Assembly (NCBI GenBank): GCA_049513715.1
Contig: JBEKVV010000003.1
Location: 256,001 to 320,000 of the forward strand
Origin: Candidatus Bathyarchaeia archaeon
GTDB taxonomy: Archaea > Thermoproteota > Bathyarchaeia > 40CM-2-53-6
DNA length: 64,000 nt
Reading direction: 5' to 3'
Part shown: in pieces, positions 59,644-64,000 of the stretch
Position numbering within the stretch: position 1 is the first letter of the stretch
Layout of the letters: each line of letters starts with the position of its first letter
Position numbers and translations under genes: made by a program
Notes under the pieces: model-generated
Databases searched by the model: none
What the model saw: the letters and a program-made list of their open reading frames with translations, nothing else
What the model was told of the DNA's origin: nothing

Positions 59644-59763
59644 CTGCCGGCCACGAAATGGTGGCTCTCGACCTTCGGGTGTCCCTCAAGCCTGCGTTAA
59701 GAGCTTCGGCCCAGCATTCATCAATGCCCAATCCGCCGCTCTACCTGGCTGAGCTACGGACCC
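59619..59763 (-). tRNA. tRNA-Lys(CTT) with three introns (30/31, 37/38, 51/52) and encoded CCA
   Basis: Removing 59705-59732, 59681-59697 and 59644-59666 gives a 77-nt cloverleaf; each intron forms a BHB-like 4-bp helix with 3-nt bulges. Confidence 0.93.
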
Positions 59764-59840
59764 ACCAAGAACCTCTGAACGCAGGCTAGGGAAATTAAAG
59801 TGTTGTCTGCTACAGGTTTAGCTAAGCAATGTGATGACTG

Positions 59841-60926
59841 ATGGCGGGGGAGCTAGTTTTCATAGGCCTGGGCCTCCACGACGAAAAAGGCCTCTCAATC
59901 CGCGGACAAGAAGAGGCCAAATCCTGCGAGTTCCTATTCGCTGAATTTTACACCGGAGTAATGCCGGGGTTGAGCATGGATAGCTTGGTGCGCTTGGTCG
60001 GTAGGCAGGTTCAGCTTCTTTCACGCAAGGAAGTTGAAGAAAGACCTGAACAAACCATTCTTGCGAAAAGCAAGAACAGCAAAGTTGGGTTCTTCGTCCC
60101 AGGCGACCCCATGGTAGCGACGACACATGTTGACCTCCGCATTAGAGCCCAGAAAGCAGGGATCAGGACGCGAATCATCCACGCCGCCTCTGTAGCTTCA
60201 GCGGCGGCAGGAGTGTCAGGGCTACAATCCTACAAATTCGGCAGAACCGTAACCATACCGGTCTCATCGCAAGGGCAACTTCCCGAAAGCATCATCACGA
60301 ACATTAAGACCAATTCTGCAGCAGGCCTGCATACTCTCGTACTCCTGGAAATCGACGTTGAGAATAATCGGCACATCACTATCCCAGAAGCCTTGAAACT
60401 GGTTTCTAACCCGGACAGAACGGGCGGTGCAGTTGGAGCCCAGACATTGATTGTGGGAATCGCACGCATAGAATCCCCTGACATGGTGGTGAGGGCAGGA
60501 ACCGTCAGCGACCTTATGAAGGAGGATTTCGGCAAGCCACCTTACGTCCTAATTATTCCCGCTCGGTTGCATTTTGTTGAGGCCGAAGCCTTAGAATTGT
60601 TCTGCGGCGCACCAAGAGCACCGGTGAACCCACCCATGACTGAACCCAATGAGGATCCGGGGCAGCGGGCGCGCACATACATTTCAAACTTTGAGAAGGC
60701 TCTCCATACCTCAAACGTAATGGTGGAAAAGAACCGCATCGACGGTGCAGCCATCACGAAGGTGACAGACGCAATTCACCGCTACCTCGAAGACGCACGT
60801 TACTATCTCGAAAACAATAGACCCACAACTTCCTTAGCGTCAATCGCATATGCTGAAGGCCTACTTGATGCGCTGATCTTTTTGGGTCTAGCGAAGCCAG
60901 ATCAGCCATCGCGAAGTTCTTCGTGA
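59841..60926 (+). CDS. dph5: Diphthine synthase fused to DUF357
   Basis: FIGLGL, GDPMVATTH, YKFGRTVT, LHTL; C-terminal YLEDARYY...YAEGLLDA. Confidence 0.9.
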   Translation: MAGELVFIGLGLHDEKGLSIRGQEEAKSCEFLFAEFYTGVMPGLSMDSLVRLVGRQVQLLSRKEVEERPEQTILAKSKNSKVGFFVPGDPMVATTHVDLRIRAQKAGIRTRIIHAASVASAAAGVSGLQSYKFGRTVTIPVSSQGQLPESIITNIKTNSAAGLHTLVLLEIDVENNRHITIPEALKLVSNPDRTGGAVGAQTLIVGIARIESPDMVVRAGTVSDLMKEDFGKPPYVLIIPARLHFVEAEALELFCGAPRAPVNPPMTEPNEDPGQRARTYISNFEKALHTSNVMVEKNRIDGAAITKVTDAIHRYLEDARYYLENNRPTTSLASIAYAEGLLDALIFLGLAKPDQPSRSSS

Positions 60927-60933
60927 CAGGAAC

Positions 60934-61455
60934 ATGAAACGACATTATCTGTGTCTCCTGTTTGTGCTGACACTCATGCTGCCGTATTCGGCATTGGGTC
61001 AAGAATCGCTTTCAATCACAGTTAGCACGGACAAACAGAATTATGGACTGGGGCAGATTGTTGTGTTTACTGTGGAAGTGCGGCAGGCGGGTGCTCCTCT
61101 GGCCCACACGCCGGTTTACTATGAGCTTCGTGACTCTCAGAATCAAATAAGAGCGAACGGGTTAATCACCACAGACGATACGGGCAGGTATACAAAACAA
61201 ATCACGATCGGGAATGACTTTCCTCTCGGGTCATACACCGTGTACGTTAGAGTCACGGTAGGCAGCCAGACCGCATCTGCCACAACTGCATTCCAAACGA
61301 TCCCAGAGTTTCCTTCCCACATAGTTCTACTCTTCACACTTGCCGTGGGCATCGGCATCTTAGGGGCATCCAGAAGAAGGAAGTTATCCGGAAAACAAGC
61401 CATTTATCAAGAAACATGGAATGTTCGCGTTGGGACGCCTAGGCGGCTAAAGTAA
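60934..61455 (+). CDS. Secreted Ig-like protein with PEF-CTERM-like sorting signal
   Basis: Signal peptide, TDKQNY, IPEFP + TM + RRRK. Confidence 0.75.
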   Translation: MKRHYLCLLFVLTLMLPYSALGQESLSITVSTDKQNYGLGQIVVFTVEVRQAGAPLAHTPVYYELRDSQNQIRANGLITTDDTGRYTKQITIGNDFPLGSYTVYVRVTVGSQTASATTAFQTIPEFPSHIVLLFTLAVGIGILGASRRRKLSGKQAIYQETWNVRVGTPRRLK

Positions 61456-61456
61456 A

Positions 61457-62089
61457 ATGAGTTCCGGAAACATTAGGTCGATCATCAAAGCCGCCTATCT
61501 ACTCCAGTTGAGACATGGACCCTTCACTGAGGTAGAATTTGAAGCGGCGGGTAATGCGTCTGAGCTACAAAATGTCCTGAAACTCCAGTATTTGGAAGAA
61601 CAACAAGTGAATCAGGAGAAGAGGTACTCACTCAGCGAAAAGGGACGTGCCCAAATCAAAGTGGTCTTAGCGGGAGGTGTTTATGATGTTCTCCACCTGG
61701 GACACTTAGCCGCCCTAACTGAGGCAAAGACTCTTGGCGATGTTCTGGTTGCCGTAGTTGCCACAGACATCACGGTTGAGATGCTGAAGGGCCGTAAACC
61801 GGTCTTTCCTCAAGAAGACCGCAGGGCGCTGGTTGAGGGGTTAAAACCCGTTGACAAAGCGATCTTGGGGTATGAGGATGTGGGCTTTGGTTTCGAGCAG
61901 GTACTGGTCGAAGTCATGCCGGACATAGTTGCTTTCGGCTACGACCAAGAGAACCTAGAACGTAGCGTCAGCGAAATCATTAACCGCCGTAAACTCAAGA
62001 TCCAGACAGTCAAACTCACGCAGTACGAGCATGAGAGATACCTAAGCTCAACATCAGTTAAGCAGAAGCTGTCGGAGCAATTGCGTTAG
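61457..62089 (+). CDS. ribL: FAD synthetase-like cytidylyltransferase with N-terminal wHTH-like extension
   Basis: GGVYDVLHLGH, PDIVAFGYDQ, SSTSVK; adjacent to ribK. Confidence 0.8.
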   Translation: MSSGNIRSIIKAAYLLQLRHGPFTEVEFEAAGNASELQNVLKLQYLEEQQVNQEKRYSLSEKGRAQIKVVLAGGVYDVLHLGHLAALTEAKTLGDVLVAVVATDITVEMLKGRKPVFPQEDRRALVEGLKPVDKAILGYEDVGFGFEQVLVEVMPDIVAFGYDQENLERSVSEIINRRKLKIQTVKLTQYEHERYLSSTSVKQKLSEQLR

Positions 62090-62793
62090 GCGCTGCTCTT
62101 CTTGTTCAATGTTGTCGTGAACGCTTTCACCTTGACAGTGTCACCATCTTTGACGTGAAGTGCCTTCCTAAGGTTCTCTGAGGAGATTAACTCGACCACG
62201 TCTCCCGCGTAGTGTGTTCTGACTGGGAAGATGAGGCCGCCCTCGATCTTGTCCGCGATTTTTCCGTGGAAGCATTTGGCTGGTCCGAAGCTTCGGTTGC
62301 CATCCGTGAATCCCTCAATCAGGATGAACGGAGAAGCTTCCAGCAACCTAGCATCATCCTGATCTTCCTTACGCACGCGCAGGTTCAGTGTTCCCGGATA
62401 AGGCTCGAAGCCGAGTTTAGCTGCGAACTGCTGTTTATACCCCGACTGGGTGACGTAGTAGGCGCCCTCACCTAGGCCTGAGAATACGACGCCCTCGAAC
62501 ACAGTTTCCGTTCGTTTCAAGTCAAAGGCACGCTTCAAAGTTAGGAACATGTTTTCCAGATGCTTGACGCCGCTGTTCGTGATCTTGATTGATTCCCGCC
62601 GTCCCAGTCGGACTCGGTGAATTAGCCCCATTTTCTCGAGTTCAATCAAATGCCTAGACGCGGTCTGCTGCGACGCCTTCAGCAGCTTCGCTAGGTCTGT
62701 GGTTGTGAATATGACCTCGTTCGGGTAGGCGCCTACCTCGATGAGTTTGTAGAGGGTTATGAGTAGGCTGGGTTTGATTTCTTGAGTTGACAT
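62086..62793 (-). CDS. ribK: HTH-fused CTP-dependent riboflavin kinase (RbkR type)
   Basis: SQQTASRHL, SGLGEGAYY, PYPGTLN, RTHY. Confidence 0.93.
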   Translation of the reverse strand: MSTQEIKPSLLITLYKLIEVGAYPNEVIFTTTDLAKLLKASQQTASRHLIELEKMGLIHRVRLGRRESIKITNSGVKHLENMFLTLKRAFDLKRTETVFEGVVFSGLGEGAYYVTQSGYKQQFAAKLGFEPYPGTLNLRVRKEDQDDARLLEASPFILIEGFTDGNRSFGPAKCFHGKIADKIEGGLIFPVRTHYAGDVVELISSENLRKALHVKDGDTVKVKAFTTTLNKKSSA

Positions 62794-63422
62794 TTCTGCC
62801 TCGTAACCTCATCATGTGCCATGATTATCGGTGCCGGACCCCTGGCGGTTAGACATCGTTTCACGATCTTGACGGCGTCCTCTAGGGATACCTTGTGTCC
62901 CACACTAACATAGATGGTTTTCCCATTCCCCGGTAGGGTCACAAGTTCCGCTATCGGATAACCTTCCTTATCGAGTACTCGGCGACCCTTTACCGACCCG
63001 TAAAGCAAGCTCTTCGCCACCCCAATCGTAGGTCGGTCAAGCGCGACCCCGACGAAGCAGGCTAAACCGAACCTTCTGGGGTGCGCTAACCCGTGCGCGT
63101 CCACCAAGCACACGTATGAATTCCCACGCAACGCCCTAATCGCCCTCAGGACCGACGGGGCTTCCCGAAAGACCAGCAACCCCGGGATATACGGGAACCT
63201 GATTTTCTCTGTCACTGTCTTCACGTTGAGGAGTTGGAGTGACTCGGCGTCCACCATGGTGGCTGCCGCTACGGTTGTCCCACGAAGATACGTGGCATCA
63301 CAGCCCACCAACTTCTCCAACTTGGATGGAAGGTCGCTCTTCTCGCTTACCAGCGGAGCCCATTTTTCCTGTAAGGCTATGGCTTGTTTTGGCGAGAGTT
63401 TGCTTGGAAGCCTGATTCTCAA
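62757..63422 (-). CDS. nfi: Endonuclease V
   Basis: FPYIPGLLVFRE, DAHGLAHPRRFGLA, IGVAKS. Confidence 0.93.
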   Translation of the reverse strand: MRIRLPSKLSPKQAIALQEKWAPLVSEKSDLPSKLEKLVGCDATYLRGTTVAAATMVDAESLQLLNVKTVTEKIRFPYIPGLLVFREAPSVLRAIRALRGNSYVCLVDAHGLAHPRRFGLACFVGVALDRPTIGVAKSLLYGSVKGRRVLDKEGYPIAELVTLPGNGKTIYVSVGHKVSLEDAVKIVKRCLTARGPAPIIMAHDEVTRQKCQLKKSNPAYS

Positions 63423-63447
63423 CAGAAATCCATGCTTTCCGCGGGTC

Positions 63448-63879
63448 TCAATCAGCCATGGCGGATTTAATTCGTTTCGCGGTCTCTTCTAATACAGCCC
63501 GACTTGGCCTATCCTTGTAGTTAGGCCCAAATTTCAAACCGAAACCGTCACCGGTAAACCTCGGAATAACGTGCAAGTGTACGTGGAAGACCTCTTGCCC
63601 TGCAACAGCCCCATCTGCCACATGGAAGTTCACTCCTTCACAGCGCACGCCAGACCTCCGAAGTGCTTGGCTGATTCGCATTGCGACTTTGAATAGATGA
63701 GCTCCAGTTTCCAGCTCAAGGTCGGCGAGTAGGGCGGCATGCACGTTTGGAACAACCAATGTGTGCCCCGGGTTAACTGGTTGAATGTCCAGGAACGCAG
63801 CAGCCCTTTCGTCCGCGTAAAGTGAGGTCGCTTCAGCTTTGCCTTGTATGATCTTACAGAAGATGCAATCGTCGGTCAT
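63448..63879 (-). CDS. HIT family hydrolase
   Basis: CIFCKI, HVHLHVIPR. Confidence 0.94.
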   Translation of the reverse strand: MTDDCIFCKIIQGKAEATSLYADERAAAFLDIQPVNPGHTLVVPNVHAALLADLELETGAHLFKVAMRISQALRRSGVRCEGVNFHVADGAVAGQEVFHVHLHVIPRFTGDGFGLKFGPNYKDRPSRAVLEETAKRIKSAMAD

Positions 63880-63998
63880 CTGGCCACGCTAGCCTTTCTG
63901 GTGTGATTTGCCCAGTTTGCGTTCCACACTTCGCAGGGCTTTTTCCAGGGAGATTCTCCTCAAGTCTGTTGCGACATCGCCGCGGGTCGTCTCGAGGA
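63876..63998 (-). CDS. 3' end of an upstream gene cut by window edge (position approximate)
   Basis: Open frame ...LRRISLEKPCEVWNANWANHTRKASVAR* with ATGA overlap into the HIT gene. Confidence 0.35.
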
Positions 63999-64000
63999 TT

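Noticed and set aside
1..64000. CRISPR arrays, IS elements, rRNA, defence systems
   Set aside because: No regularly spaced repeats, transposase, rRNA or nuclease/RT signatures seen

Overview
Archaeal chromosome segment from the TACK group, most consistent with Bathyarchaeia (inferred from gene content, frequent TTG starts and a multi-intron tRNA). Bases 1-41.5 kb are mostly housekeeping and general metabolic genes: Rieske protein, trpB2/trpY, RPA, Lhr, psmB-aCPSF1, sepF, Lsm-rpl37e, NMNAT, Ogt, NreA, an ECF transporter, hflX and a GT4/toroid/GH130 trio. Bases 41.8-59.6 kb are an accessory region (chrA, kdpABC, gene remnants) ending at a tRNA-Lys(CTT) with three BHB introns. The main discovery is a ~8.8 kb island at 50862-59643. 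It is bounded by an exact 24-bp repeat of the tRNA 3' exon and has a short putative integrase relic. It carries an ECF importer, a split McbB/cucumopine-synthase-like (Pictet-Spenglerase fold) gene pair, a pyridoxamine-pyruvate-type aminotransferase, an Lrp regulator and a second TrpB2, making it a candidate archaeal tryptophan/vitamin-B6 Pictet-Spengler pathway. Other notable items are an active plus dead SDH(ClpP-class) protease pair, an orphan arcadin-1, TRP-box-like operators, unannotated micro-proteins and two possible near-cognate start codons. All family calls come from motif recognition and memory, not database searches.
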